Shown one piece after another: positions 28,686 to 40,717 of a DNA stretch of 64,000 bases. The stretch covers positions 496,001-560,000 of the forward strand of contig MU058463.1 in NCBI GenBank assembly GCA_013265495.1, given 5' to 3'. Position numbers and translations under genes: made by a program. How positions within the stretch are numbered: the first letter of the stretch is position 1; each line of letters starts with the position of its first letter. The stretch comes from Vicugna vicugna (taxonomy: Eukaryota). The notes under the pieces were generated by a model. The model was not told the origin of the DNA and did not search any database. It saw nothing but the letters and a program-made list of their open reading frames with translations.

Positions 28686-29566
28686 TTATAATTAAAGCAA
28701 ATGAAATAGTCTTTATGTCTTTTATGGTACATATAAGCAAGAATTCCAAACTGTCCAGGGTATATATCAGTAAGTCATTTTCATATTATAGGCAAAACAA
28801 AGACTTAGGATATTAAACATGAAAGCAGAAATTCATAGAATTAAAACCAAACATAAGATAGAAATAATCAAAAAGGACAAATGCTGGTCATTGCAAAGAT
28901 TTATAAAGTAAGATCTGATTATAATTAAAAACAAGAATATAGACAAATTAAAAATGTGAAATAAAGTTGTGGCAATTTCACTCATTAAAATCTTAAACAA
29001 ATATATATAGAGAAAAATCCTTCACAAGCATATATAATATTTTTTGAAGAGTGCAAGGTTATTTAATATTTGAAAATTAGTGTAATTAACCACAATAAGA
29101 GAAGGAAAACTTATTGGCTTAAGATATGCAGAAAAACTGTTTAACAAAATCAACAGTGATTCATAAAAATTGTTTTAAAAACATGTAATTGAAGATGGAG
29201 AAAGGAGATTTAAACTTTCTGGCCTACAATCTATTATTTAAATTTTAAATTTTTTAATGAGGTGGTGATGCTAGGGATAAAACAAAGGATAGGTAAATTG
29301 GACTAAATCACCTTGCCAACTAGACCTCCTCTGAGTTAACAGATTAATGATATTTGCTAGAAAGAGGAAATCATGTCTTTGAAACACCCTTAGCAATGTT
29401 GCTGGCTAAGGATTTTCTGGAGTAAACAGAACACAGGGTCTATGAGGTATGGTTTCTGGAGAGTCATTTAGGCAAACACATCCAAAATTATAATAAAGTA
29501 GTCACATACTTTAAATCTCCCAAGATGATCTTAAATATTAAAGAAAAAATGATAGAAATTGCTTAC

Positions 29567-30049
29567 TATATTAATTTCCAATGGGAGGTGCACAAATTAT
29601 CACAAATTTGGTGGCTTCACTATAACAGAAATTCATTGTCTCACAGTTCCTGAGGCCAAAAATCCAAAATTTGTATCACTGTCCTGAAATCAGTGTGTGT
29701 CATCAGGGCCACAGTCCCTCCTGAGGCTTTAGGGTAATAATCTTTCTGCCCTGGTGGCTGCTGGCATTCCTTTGCTTATTGTCACATCACTCTATTCCTT
29801 GTCTCTGGGGTCACATTGTTTCTTTCTATTTTTTTGATTGTGTTGAATTTCCTTCTGCCTTTCTTTTATAAAGTTACATATGATTGTGTTTGATACCTAC
29901 CCAGATTATAGGGGATATTCTCCCTCTCTTGGGGTTCTTACTTTAATCAGCTGTGCAGTCCCTTTTCCCCTTATATTAATTAATATTCACAGCTTCCAGG
30001 GATTACAGCATGGATACTGTTTGGCAGGGGGTAGTATTCAGTCTACCAT
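29567..30049 (-). mobile_element. MaLR LTR (MLT1B/C-like)
   Basis: CAAATTATCACAAATTTGGTGGCTT...TCTCACAGTTCCTGAGGCC...GGTGGCTGCTGGCATTCCTT...ATTCAGTCTACCATA. Confidence 0.8.
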
Positions 30050-31285
30050 ACTAAATTTATTTCAAGATTTTATAAAGTGTTTGATATAAAAAGAAAATCT
30101 CTAAAGACACTGGATTAATTGTATATCCATACCTACAAAGTAAAGGAAATTCTGCCTAACACCATTCAGAAATATTAACTCCAGTTATAGTGTATCACTA
30201 AATACAATCAATACATTTAACAAATTTTCTAGATGATAATAAATAAGTATATCTTTCTTTTTTTTTTAACCTTAGAAAAAGCTTTTATAACAGGGCAACA
30301 AATCAATAATTCTTAAAAAAAAAAAAAAGAGTGACCAGTTGGATTTAATTCACAATGGGAAATTCAGCTTATCAGAAGAAAATCTGAACTGGAAAACAAG
30401 CCACAGAATGGAAAAAGATATTTAAGATACATATAACCAACAAGGTTTATGTTGTTCATATCCAGGATATATAAAGAATTCACAAAGGAATAAGAAAATC
30501 ACCCAACCCATTATGCAAATATTCAAAAGATTTAAACAGGCAATCCAAAAGGAAGGTATACGAATAAGCAATAACCCCCTTGATGCAAAGATGATCAACC
30601 ACATTGCTCATCACAGAAATGCCAAATAAACAAATGTAAAACACTAGCCAAGACATCTTAGCATGGCTAAAATATAAAAGCCTGAGAATACCAAATGCTG
30701 CCAAAGAATTAGCCAATTAGAACTCTCATACACTGCTTTTGGCAGCAAACAATGTTGAATAGTCATCAAAAATATTTTTTTCGTATCTACTAAAGCTCAG
30801 TATACACATACACAGTAACTAGCACATCCACCTCTGGGTGTACAGCTAACAGAGTTGCATACACATACATATCAAATACATGTAATTGTCCCAAACTGGA
30901 ACAAATCCAAATGCCCACCATTTACGAAACACAAAAATTATTGTAGTTTATTAATTCAAAGGAATACTATGAAACAATGTAAATGATGGAGGTTCAGCAA
31001 CAGTAATGTATGAGTCTCATAAACAATATTGAATGAAAAAAGCTTCACAAAAAAAATCATATAAACTGTATGATTTCCAAACCAAGGAAAACTAGCATAT
31101 ATGTTAAAAAGTGAAGGTAGTGCTTACCTCTGGCAAAGATATTTTAGAGAGCAACTAGTTGTACATGAGGGGCCTCTGGTCTAGGAATATTCTGTTTAAT
31201 CACTTAGAAGGTGAAAGCAAGCTTGTATCTACATATGACACATGCAATTTATTGTATGTATGTACACTTATATACATTTTAAAGA
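30050..31285 (+). mobile_element. L1ME-type ORF2 end and 3' UTR
   Basis: ACAAGCCACAGAATGGAAAAAGATATTT...GAACTCTCATACACTGC...AACTGGAACAAATCCAAATGCCCA. More L1-like sequence lies at about 28790-29230. Confidence 0.75.
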
Positions 31286-31486
31286 GGAATTCCATTTGAT
31301 TTCTGATAATTTAAGGGATTTTCAGTATATTTACTCCAGCATTTAACCATTTGATAAGATGACACAGACATTAAATGCAATGCATTTCATTATAGCCTAG
31401 AAGTTAAAATTCCTTCATATGTTCAGCCCCAACTCTCTTTGTATCTTTCTCTCACTTTTCCCTTCTTTCTATATCTCTCTTTTATA

Positions 31487-31508
31487 CACACACACACACA
31501 CACACACA
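31487..31508. repeat. (CA)11 microsatellite
   Basis: Read directly from the sequence. Confidence 0.95.
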
Positions 31509-32559
31509 ATTTCTTGTTTATTCCCCTCCAGTAAAGGATAATTTTTTCTCATTTTTGCTTACTATAAAATGTAAATTCTCTTTCAAGAGAAAAGGAAAAG
31601 AAACACTTGAGGTAGTAATTATAGTTTTAAAAAAATCTCAATTTTGCAGCAAGGTAATTTATAATCTTAATTAACTTACATTTTCATAATGTTTCCATTG
31701 ATTTCAGCCTGGATGCTCAAGAAGCATAACACATAATAGTATTTGTAATTTACTTGCACATTTACATTTAATAAAATTATAATATACGTCTCCTTATAAC
31801 AATGGGTAAATAGCCATGTTTGATTTTTATTTTTATGCACTACAGTCTTCCATGTAAAAACTGATTAAATGGGCTTGTTTGTTTCGATTATTTCTATGTA
31901 CTAAACAAAAGCAATGTTTCATTTTTTTCTTGCTTTTTACTTACTTATAAAACCACAAAACATGAAATGGGAAAATGTATTCTTGAGGTGTTATTCAGAA
32001 TAATTTAGCAAACACAGAATATTATCTTATGTTTGTAAGTCACTACAAACAAATGTAAATTCCTTTTTAACACAGTGCAGTGCAGTTCAATTACTATAGT
32101 TAGGACTTGGAAGAGGACACAGAGAAGAAACAGCACAAATATTTGAAGTGTTGAAAGACACTCACAGAATAACAGGAGCTTTTAAAAAGCACGGTTCTCT
32201 TTGTGCCTAAATCTCGGAATTAAGTTAACCTATCTGAAGAAAACAAAATTTTAGAAGTATAAGAAATACTAGTTTTCACTCCAGAATTCTTTATGCGCCA
32301 AAAATTTTTATGATGTTTTTCCCTCACTACAACGTTTGAGGTAAATACCTACTATCCTCCGTTCATGGAGAATATCATCAAAGTGCGAATTGTAAGTTTG
32401 GTAGCATCAAGTCTTCACATTGGAATTCCAACCCCAGTATCTTGACCCCTTTGCGGTTTTTACAACACATATTATTTTCTTTGGTAAGCTATTAACAAAT
32501 TCCCCCGTTGTCCAGATTTGCGTCTTTATCCGAAATGTGTTTGAAAGAGGTTCATGAAG

Positions 32560-33430
32560 GAAGCTGCCTACCTCAAGTGCCTGGAGAGCTCGCGAACCGC
32601 TCGGCATCCTCACAGGAGAGCGAGAACCTGACGAGGCCGCTGCCACACACCTGACTGCGCACCGGGCCGTCTCACCGCCTACTCCACCCCCAGCAAGTCC
32701 TTCTTCAAAGGGTCCATGATTCCTCGTGGAATCATCTGCCTTCTCTCACTGTCTCGGGTGCAGAGATAGAGGCAGCTGGGAACCTCCAGCGGCCTTGGGT
32801 GACTGGAAGCGCGCCTCGGGGCTCCCACAAGCGGGTAAGGACCCTGGCGCCGCGCTTCCGCGCGCTGTGGGGAGGGCGGGCTCGCGTCAGCTGCGCTCCC
32901 GCCTCTCCGAAGTCCCACAATGCCCCGGGCTCGGGAAGGTCCGCTGCCAGTCTCAGCGCCAGGGGGTTGGAGGAGCAGGTCATGGAGGGGTCTGACTGCT
33001 GGCTCACCACAGAACGGGACGGGCAAGGGCAGGCTCCTCACCATTCTCCTTGTCCTTGAAAGGCCCACCATGCCCATAGCCAGGGCCTTTGAGGGTCGCT
33101 GTCCTGAGAGAGCAGTGTGTTTCTGAGACCATCCGGAAAGTATCCGTGACTGAACCCGGTTAAAGCCTCTTTATAAACTGTTAGGATGCTGGCGGGCAGC
33201 TACTCGTCTCGCAGCAATGAAGACAGCATGCCTCCTGAGTAAGTTCCTTTGCATCTTTAAACTGCCACCTGTTAGCCTGGAGTGTCTGCTGCTTCCTTCA
33301 GTCTCTCCCTGCCCTGGAGGCCAGTTTGCCAACCAACCAAGTCCCCTCACCGGGGCTGTCTCTGCGCAGGCGCCCAGACCAGGCAAGCCGAGCAGGCGCC
33401 AGGCCCTCCTTCACCTCAGACTCGCGCTAG
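32560..33430. promoter_or_regulatory. CpG island / promoter
   Basis: Only GC- and CpG-rich kilobase in the window. Motifs: GC box GGGGAGGGCGGG (32869-32880), ETS CGGAAGC (minus, 32854-32860), ZNF143/SBS-like TCCCACAATGCCCCGG (32913-32928), NRF1-like TGCGCAGGCGC (33363-33373). Confidence 0.85.
32676..32850 (-). other. Probable non-coding first exon (TSS position approximate)
   Basis: Donor GCG|GTGAGA at 32676/32675 just downstream of the promoter motifs. Contains a short uORF, MIPRGIMDPLKKDLLGVE*, ending 3 nt before the donor. Confidence 0.5.
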
Positions 33431-34372
33431 TGGCCTGTGACTGTCAATAAGGGTCGTTAAAAAAAAAAAAAGGAAAGAAAATAAACTCTTTTTCAAACTG
33501 TTAATTTATTTAACAGAAAAAATGAGGAAAAATATATGTAATGTTTTCACTTCAGAAGTGTGCAGAGGCACAATAAAATATGGTTGATAGTAAAATATCA
33601 ATGTTAAATTTATAGGTGGTAAAGGAAAAACAAATAACCAAAAATTACTTGCAGGAAGCCTGGTGAGGAAGGGTGTGGACAAAGGAGTCCTGTTCGCTCT
33701 CTGGTTCTGCCGCTTACAAGCCCTGTGACTCAGGATGAGATATTTAATTCTCTTGGAAATGTACTTAATGATAGTGTTTTAAGAACATAATATTTGTTAA
33801 TACTGGAGACTTAAATTAGTGCCTGCAGTAAATGCTGTATATTGCAACTATTATTATAATTAGTTTGTTGTCCAAATACCTTATAAAGTAGGAGAAAAAT
33901 AAAGCTTATTCTATTTAGAAAGAGAAAAAAAAATCATGAGGTCTGAAATCAGGGGTCTTTTATCTCTGTGCTCGTGCTGTGACTGTGGTAAAGGCATAAA
34001 TTCTCTGAGGCCTATTCTGTTATCCATTTGACAAGTGTAATTTCAGGTTCTTTATGATAACTATATTTAATAATAATATTTTTTAAATGAAAGAATTAGA
34101 ATGTTATTGAATTTTGTCTCTAGTCAATTTGCTGGAGTTTAAAAATAAATATTAAGCTATCCTATTAGAATGGATTACCTGCTCAATTTTAAGTTTCTTT
34201 CCTAATTAAACTCTAATATGACTGAGACATTTAATATAAAACTTAGGGGAAAATGTAATTCTAATTATTTTATAAAATTCAGGAAACAGCCCAACAGTAA
34301 TAATCAGTAAATTAATTATATTGGTTGTAACAAAAAATGTTAATAAATTGTAGCAAAATCATAGATTAAGTA

Positions 34373-34650
34373 CAGGCATACCTCACTGTATTGTGCTTTA
34401 TTCAGATATTGTGTTTTTTTTATAAATTGAAAGTTTGTGACAGCCCTAAGTTGAGCAAGCCTATCACCCCCAATTTTCCAACAGCATTATTTTTAAATTA
34501 AGGTATGTACACTGGTTTTCTAGACATAATACTGTTGCACACTTAGTAGATTACAGTATAGTGTAAACATAATTTTCTATGCACTGGAAAACCAAAACAA
34601 TTCATGTGGTGGTCTAGAACCAAACCTGCAATATCTCTGAGGTATGCCTG
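34373..34650 (+). mobile_element. Tigger1 internal-deletion MITE (Tigger1a-like)
   Basis: TA|CAGGCATACCTC ... GAGGTATGCCTG|TA: inverted termini with TA duplication, 278 bp. Both halves match the ends of the full Tigger1 at 56772-59181. Confidence 0.93.
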
Positions 34651-34740
34651 TAGTTAAAAATCTACCCATAGAAAAAAAAATGAAATATTTATGGATTACT
34701 GTAGTAGGAATGATATAAGCTGTTGTGAGTAGGGCAACTA

Positions 34741-35370
34741 CAGTCAATTCTAATTTTTGACAGTAAGTTATCATCTGTAATAGCACTATAACTTAGTGAA
34801 TACTGAAGCAATTCTCCTACAGGAAATACATGGCCAAGTTCCTGCGAGCCTCTAGTCACAGCATTTTATCAACTGATCAATACACAACCTGGTTTTATGT
34901 GTGTTTCTATTTACAGACACCTTATTTAATACATATTGTTATTCATTAACATTGAACTAACTTCCAACAGCTCTATAACTCATACCTGAACAAAGCTTAT
35001 CTTAGACAGGTGTTTTCTCTGTAAGACACATCACAGCCTTCTTAGGAACACTAGGCAGCACTTCAGCATCATTCTTGGAGGCCATTTTAAACAGCGAAAT
35101 CATGAAAAAAAAAAAAAAAGGACAAAAATGTAAAATGTATTAAATAGACCACAGAAGGGACACTTGTGTACAGTATGAGAGCTGAAACAAAAAGCAGAGT
35201 ACTACCTTGTTCCACCTCAGCTAGGGACACGTGACTCTAATGTTTCAATACCGGGCATGTCCATGAATGATTGTGAAAGTGCAATAAGAACCAATTTTGG
35301 GGTACCCAGGAAATTTTAACAAGTGGGCAGGTTTGTAAATGTGGAATTTGCTAATAATGCAGTTCAACTA
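34741..35370 (+). mobile_element. MER82 (TcMar-Tigger) MITE
   Basis: TA|CAGTCAATTC...GTTCCTGCGAGCCTCTAGTCACA...GCCATTTTAAACAGCGAAATC...CAGTATGAGAGCTGAAACAA...TCAACTA|TA. Confidence 0.88.
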
Positions 35371-36467
35371 TATTTTATGCCATCTTTTGGGTTCTGGTTT
35401 CAAAGATGCTGTTTTGCCCTTACTTATTTCAGGCAGTTTTTTGCAGACTCATAAACATGAAGCTTGATATGATATATAAACATAATATATAAACATAACT
35501 ATAATACATAAACATAAAGCTAAGCCAACAAAATACTCGTTATCCTTACAAACCATTTCTGCCCAGGCCTTTAGACTGTTATTTGCCATTTTACTAGGAT
35601 AAACGTTGACTCTAATCCATTAACTTGTTTTGGTTCAGCTGCCTGGATTTCAGGATCTCAAGTTGCTTTCTGTAGGATAACCCACCTGAGTTTTGACCAC
35701 AAGCACTTTAGCTGAAGTCATAAGGTGACTTCCCAGAATACACAGCTTCTTTACTATTGTTCCATTCAATATACAAAAGGAGTGGTGGGTTATATGATAC
35801 TTGTGTAGGCATTCATGCCATCGATTCTCCCAGTCAGTTATGCCTTGTATTATTTCCTGCAAAACACACTTGGCCTTGTAGCTTTACCATTATGAATCTG
35901 GAAAATAAACCAATTAGGCATAGCACTCTGTTCATCCTGTGCCCACTTCCCTGACCTTGATTATTTTTGTGTATTATTACCCAGGAGAAATAAATATACA
36001 AACAGCCTGTATGCACACTGAGACTTTCATAAGGCATTTTAATTATTAAACTTTATTTACCTTGATTGATAGGGTTAAGTAAAAGACTCTAGTCATCAAT
36101 ATCATTGAAGTGATACAATAAACTTTATGTTAACTAAACTATGTGTCTTAAAAAAAAAAGTAGAAGAAAAGAAAAAAAAAAGAAAACCCTTAGATCATTT
36201 CATTGAAAAGAGCTGAAAAATAATCACCAACTCTGTAAGAATGATATTCTTAGTGCTGAGATTATGGTTTCTAAAATGACATTGTAAAAAGAGATTTCCT
36301 TACCTCAAGTAACTAAAAATATAGTACTGTGTTAAATTAGAGACTCTGTATGCATTTATGTTTCATGTCTACTGAAACTGATTTTTTGTGTATTGTGTCA
36401 AGTAGGGGTAATGATACATTACTTTCTCATGTCAATATTTAATTGACTATGCACAATTTAATGAAAA

Positions 36468-36757
36468 CATGGTCAACAAGCCAAATCTATTTTGGGGTGA
36501 CCTGTGAGCTAAGAAAATTTTTACATTTTTAAGTGGTTGGAAAAAGTAAAAACATATTTTGTGACATGAAAATTGTATGACTCAATTTCAGTGTTCATTA
36601 ATACAGTTTTTTGGAAGTACAGCTGTGCCCTTCTGTAGACATCTTGTCTTTTGATACTTTCAGATGAGATTCAGTAGTTGTAATAGAGACTGCATGGTCT
36701 GCAAAGCCTAAAATGTTTATTATTTGGCACCTCATGAAAAAAGTTTGCTGATTCCTT
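36468..36757 (+). mobile_element. MER58B (hAT-Charlie) MITE
   Basis: CCTGTGAGCTAAGAAAATTTTTACATTTTTAAGTGGTTG...GTCTGCAAAGCCTAAAATGTTTATTATTTGG...AAAAAGTTTGCTGA. Confidence 0.82.
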
Positions 36758-36769
36758 GGAAAGATTCCT

Positions 36770-37558
36770 TTTCCTACTGAACTTCAGTGTCACCTTTGAG
36801 AAAAATCAATTGACCATATATGGTCAGGTATATTTTTCAACTCTCTGAGCGACCCATTATTCTATGTGCCTATCTTTGCACCAAAAATAGACTCAACAAA
36901 TTACTTTAACTTAATAATATATCTCTGTATATCAAAGTATAATTTCTCCAATCATGTTGATGTAGCTATTTTTTGGTTCTTCTTGTTATTTTGTATTTTT
37001 ATATCAATTGTAGTATCAATGTGTTAATTTTTCCAAAATTCAGCTCCTGGATTTTTACTAGAATTGCATTGAAATATAGATCAATTTGGGGAGAATTTAT
37101 ATATTTATGATAATGAGACTTCTAACACATGACTATGAAGTATCCCTTTATTAATTAGTTTTCTTTTTCAATTTCTTTTAATGTTTAGAAAGTTTAGATA
37201 GGTATCTTATATATCTTTCATTATTTCAGTCTATGTTATATATTTTTTATCCTATTGTGAGAATGTATTAAAGATTTTTTTTTCTCTGCTAGTTTATCTG
37301 AGATTCTTTTGATTTCCCTAGGCACACAATTTCATTGCCTACAAATATTGATATTTTTATTTTCTGACTCCAAAACTAAATTTTTTTTTACATTTTTTAT
37401 TGAGTTATGGTCATTTTACAGTGTTGTGTCAAATTCCAGTGTATAGCACAGTTTTACAGTTATACATGAACATACATATATTCATTGTCATATTTTTTTT
37501 TTTACTGTGAGCTACCAACACTAACAATTTTTATGTAATTTCTTTGCCTTTGTTGCCT
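36770..37558 (-). mobile_element. Old L1 ORF2 fragment
   Basis: AAAATCAATTGACCATATAT...GAATTGCATTGAAATATAGATCAATTTGGGGAGAAT is antisense L1M. Confidence 0.7.
37381..37516 (-). mobile_element. Young 5'-truncated L1 3' end (camelid-like)
   Basis: Poly-T, then TTTATTGAGTTATGGTCATTTTACAGTGTTGTGTCAAATTCCAGTG...ACTGTGAGCTACCA. Flanked by near-identical CCAAAACTAA / CCAACACTAA (probable TSD). Confidence 0.75.
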
Positions 37559-37559
37559 T

Positions 37560-38400
37560 TGTTCTAGACCCAAGATGGAACTGCTTCTGCCTTGAATGCC
37601 ATCCATATCAGCAAATCGAAATTTGGATAACTTTCAGGTAACTATAAATGCTCCCTTAGCCAGAACCACGGTATTTCCAGTTACCTAATCACCCAATTCC
37701 AAGCCAACTCTGGGCTTTCTCACCCAACTAAGATTGACTATGTGGCTCCATCCAACCAGATATTTTCTATTTGTCTCTTCCATGTTCTTTCTTTTTTTTT
37801 TAATGTAATAAAAGCTTCCTTCCTTTCACCCCATTTTGCATTTCTTCAAAAGGAGACTGTTCACTTCATAAGGTGTTAAATAAAATTTGACTGTATCATG
37901 TAAATTGTTTTCTTTATTTGTTTTTAACAGTTTCTGGAGATAAGAAATGGGATCTGAAGGTGAATACTAATGGCTTGCAAGATGAGACACACAGGCTGTG
38001 TCCATGGAACCCTTTGAATTCACCCATCCTCTAGTCCTTACTGAGGGCCTTGGGTAAGTCATTCTGAGATTTTAGTTCTGCTTCCTTGCATGCAACTCTC
38101 TGATTCAAACAAACTTTATTTAAAAAGTATATATATATATATACACACACACATACAGAGAGATATAGATATAAGTATTGTTTCCAGAAAGGTTCTGAGG
38201 TAGTTATAAAGGGAGTCTGCAATGAGGGGGCAGCGGTTAGAGGACTCTCAAAGCTTCAAGGTAAGTCCACAGCATACCAGATGGGGAACTTGGGAAAATA
38301 CATTAAGACAAGAGGTTTGGACTATTTTGACCATCAAATGAAAAAATCTAAATAGGTACAATTCAAACAATTAAAATCCATTGGAGCTTCTGTCACTATA
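37560..38400 (+). mobile_element. ERV LTR (37560-37929) with PBS-like site and 5' internal leader
   Basis: LTR has AATAAA (37879) and ends TTAACA. It is followed by TGGAGATAAGAAATGGGAT (resembles PBS-Leu TGGTGTCAGAAGTGGGAT) and donor TGG|GTAAGT at 38054. Homologous to the LTR at 41818-42190. Confidence 0.75.
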
Positions 38401-38759
38401 AAGAAATCTTCAAGTGAAAGGACTAATGGATCCAATCTAATGGGAATCTTGGAAGCCAAAGCTGCAAAATTGGCAGGCATGGTTGAAGCATTTAAAAGCT
38501 AATAGAGTACTCTCCATGGTTTCTGATTTCATTGCAACATCTTCTCTTGAAATTAAGTTATAACTAACAAAAATGTAAGGATCAGAGATTTTAAATGGGC
38601 TAGAAAGGAAATAAAACGTGGATGTTATAGTGGGAAATGAGGTAGATGGCAGGAGGTAGCATAAGTAGTTCAATTAATCAAAGAGAGGCTTTCTAGGCAA
38701 GGAGGGATTTAATTATAATATGCTATAGGAGAAGATGACAAGCAAATTTAAAATGGTGT

Positions 38760-38990
38760 CCTAGAATAGAAAAAGACATTAAGTAGAACTAAATAATCTG
38801 ACTAAGTTATAGATTTAGTTTCTAATAAATATCAGTTTTAATACTGATTTGTTAATTCACCATACTAATGTAAGATGTTAATTTTAGGGGAAACTGGTTG
38901 AGTAGGTATATGAAAACTCACTGTATAATTTTCTAAAGTTTTCTGTAAAGCTAAACTTGTTCTCAAAACATAAAGATTATTAAAAGAAAA
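38760..38990 (+). mobile_element. L1MC/MD 3' end fragment
   Basis: CCATACTAATGTAAGATGTTAATTTTAGGGGAAACTGG...TTCTGTAAAGCTAAAC. Confidence 0.7.
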
Positions 38991-38994
38991 TTCA

Positions 38995-39310
38995 CATGCT
39001 CTCCAGCCTCCATGGCAATTAGTGGCAAGATTGTTCTTGCCAAAAATGAAAGCTAAGTTTTTGCAGGTAAACCTTGTTTCTCTAATATAGATGCTACCCC
39101 CTTCCTACTTCCTTCACTCTGCCTCGAATGAGGTTACAATGCCTGGAAGAGCAGTAGTTACACCACGTAAGAACATGGAGTTACAAGCATGAAGGCAGGC
39201 CAATATGCTAAGCGTGGCAGAGCAGAAAGAATAAAAAGAAAATATGTTTTTTAAAATGTCATGGAATCACAGTATCCTTAGACTGCTACTCCAGACAATC
39301 TTTTGCACCA
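38995..39310 (+). mobile_element. MaLR LTR fragment (MLT1J/K-like)
   Basis: AATGCCTGGAAGAGCAG...ATGCTAAGCGTGGCAGAGCAGAAAGA. Confidence 0.55.
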
Positions 39311-40627
39311 AATTCTTAGATATAAAAATAAATATCTAGGAAATGATTGCCTTGACTAAAAATTTCGGTTTCAGTGAAGGATGTATCTCAACATATATTG
39401 AAAATACATATTTTCCTCTGGTTCATATATTTATACCACAAAATAGGCCATAATACTGATGTTTTATATTATAGCATCACTTTTTCACTAGAACACTTTA
39501 AAATAGATTATATTAATTAGTGTACCAACACACAGTTTGGTCAACGAATCATAGTGTTTTCAAAACACACATTTTCATACTAATGGCTTCAATTATTAAA
39601 GCAGAGAGTCATCAGCAAATAAACAAGATTGGCCATGTAACTACAGACTCAAATACCCTAATATGCAACTGGATTATGAAAACAAGCAGCTGTACCAACA
39701 AGATAGGCAATCAAATTGACAAAGTGTGTCTCTGAATTAATGGAGTATGTACAACTTGACAAATTTAAATAGGTGTTGAAATGATGAAACAAGTTAATTT
39801 GGATTATCACATTTGTTCAGAGTAGACACAATTTAAATGAGATGATTATGCTACATCAAGTAGATACACAGTTTTATAGGTAACAGAACGTAAAAATTCA
39901 TCTGAAAAATTTATAAAAAACACTTACTTTAAATATAATTAAGTTTAGCAAATAAAAATTGATGTTTAGAAATAATACAAGAGTTAGACAACACATTAGC
40001 TGATATTTCAAGCTTTAACTGTTAGAATACATTAAAAATATGTAATTCTTAGTAAAGATATAATCCAATTTATTTCAACACTATGAGCTAGTCTGGGTGA
40101 AAGCCAATACACTATAAACAACTGTAAATAAGAAAAATAGTTAAATATCTTGTAACCTTATTTGATTATTATTTTGCTTGATCTACTGCAAAATGAACAT
40201 GTTAGGACTTTTAATGTAATGATTATGAAAGAAGCAAAGCAGACTCCAAATAAATAAAGTATTTTATTTTCAGTAACTATTCAACAACTTTGACATTGAT
40301 TAGCAAAGCAACATGAGTAAATGGGATTGCCTTTACCTTTATCATGATATCTAGTACTGCTCAAATGTATGGAGAATGTAGGTGTATGTGCTGTTGTTAT
40401 ACCTTTTTGGTAAGTTGACTTAATTATCCCAGAAGAATTTTTTCCCCTTAAATCAATTTTTTCTGACTTTAATACTGGCACCCCATTCACCTTTTAATTA
40501 GCCTTACATAACTTTCTCCATCCTTTTATTTATAAACAATTTGTGTCTTTAATAAAGTCCTCTTTTTTTAGGCATCATATAGTTGGAACACTTTTTTTAA
40601 AAATCCAATTTGGATATCTCTGCTTTC

Positions 40628-40717
40628 CTTTTATATATATATATACATTTATTAAAGTACAGTCAGTTTATAATGTGTCAATTTCTGGTGTACAGCGTAA
40701 TGCTTCAGTCATACATG
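40628..40717 (-). mobile_element. Very short L1 3' end (camelid-like)
   Basis: TTTATTAAAGTACAGTCAGTTTATAATGTGTCAATTTCTGGTGTACAGCG...CAGTCATACAT. Flanked by CTCTGCTTTC / CTCCGCTTTC (probable TSD). Confidence 0.7.

Noticed and set aside
32407..33450. Cluster of overlapping ORFs in the GC-rich segment
   Set aside because: Expected from stop-codon scarcity in a CpG island; most start at non-ATG codons and none resembles a protein I know.
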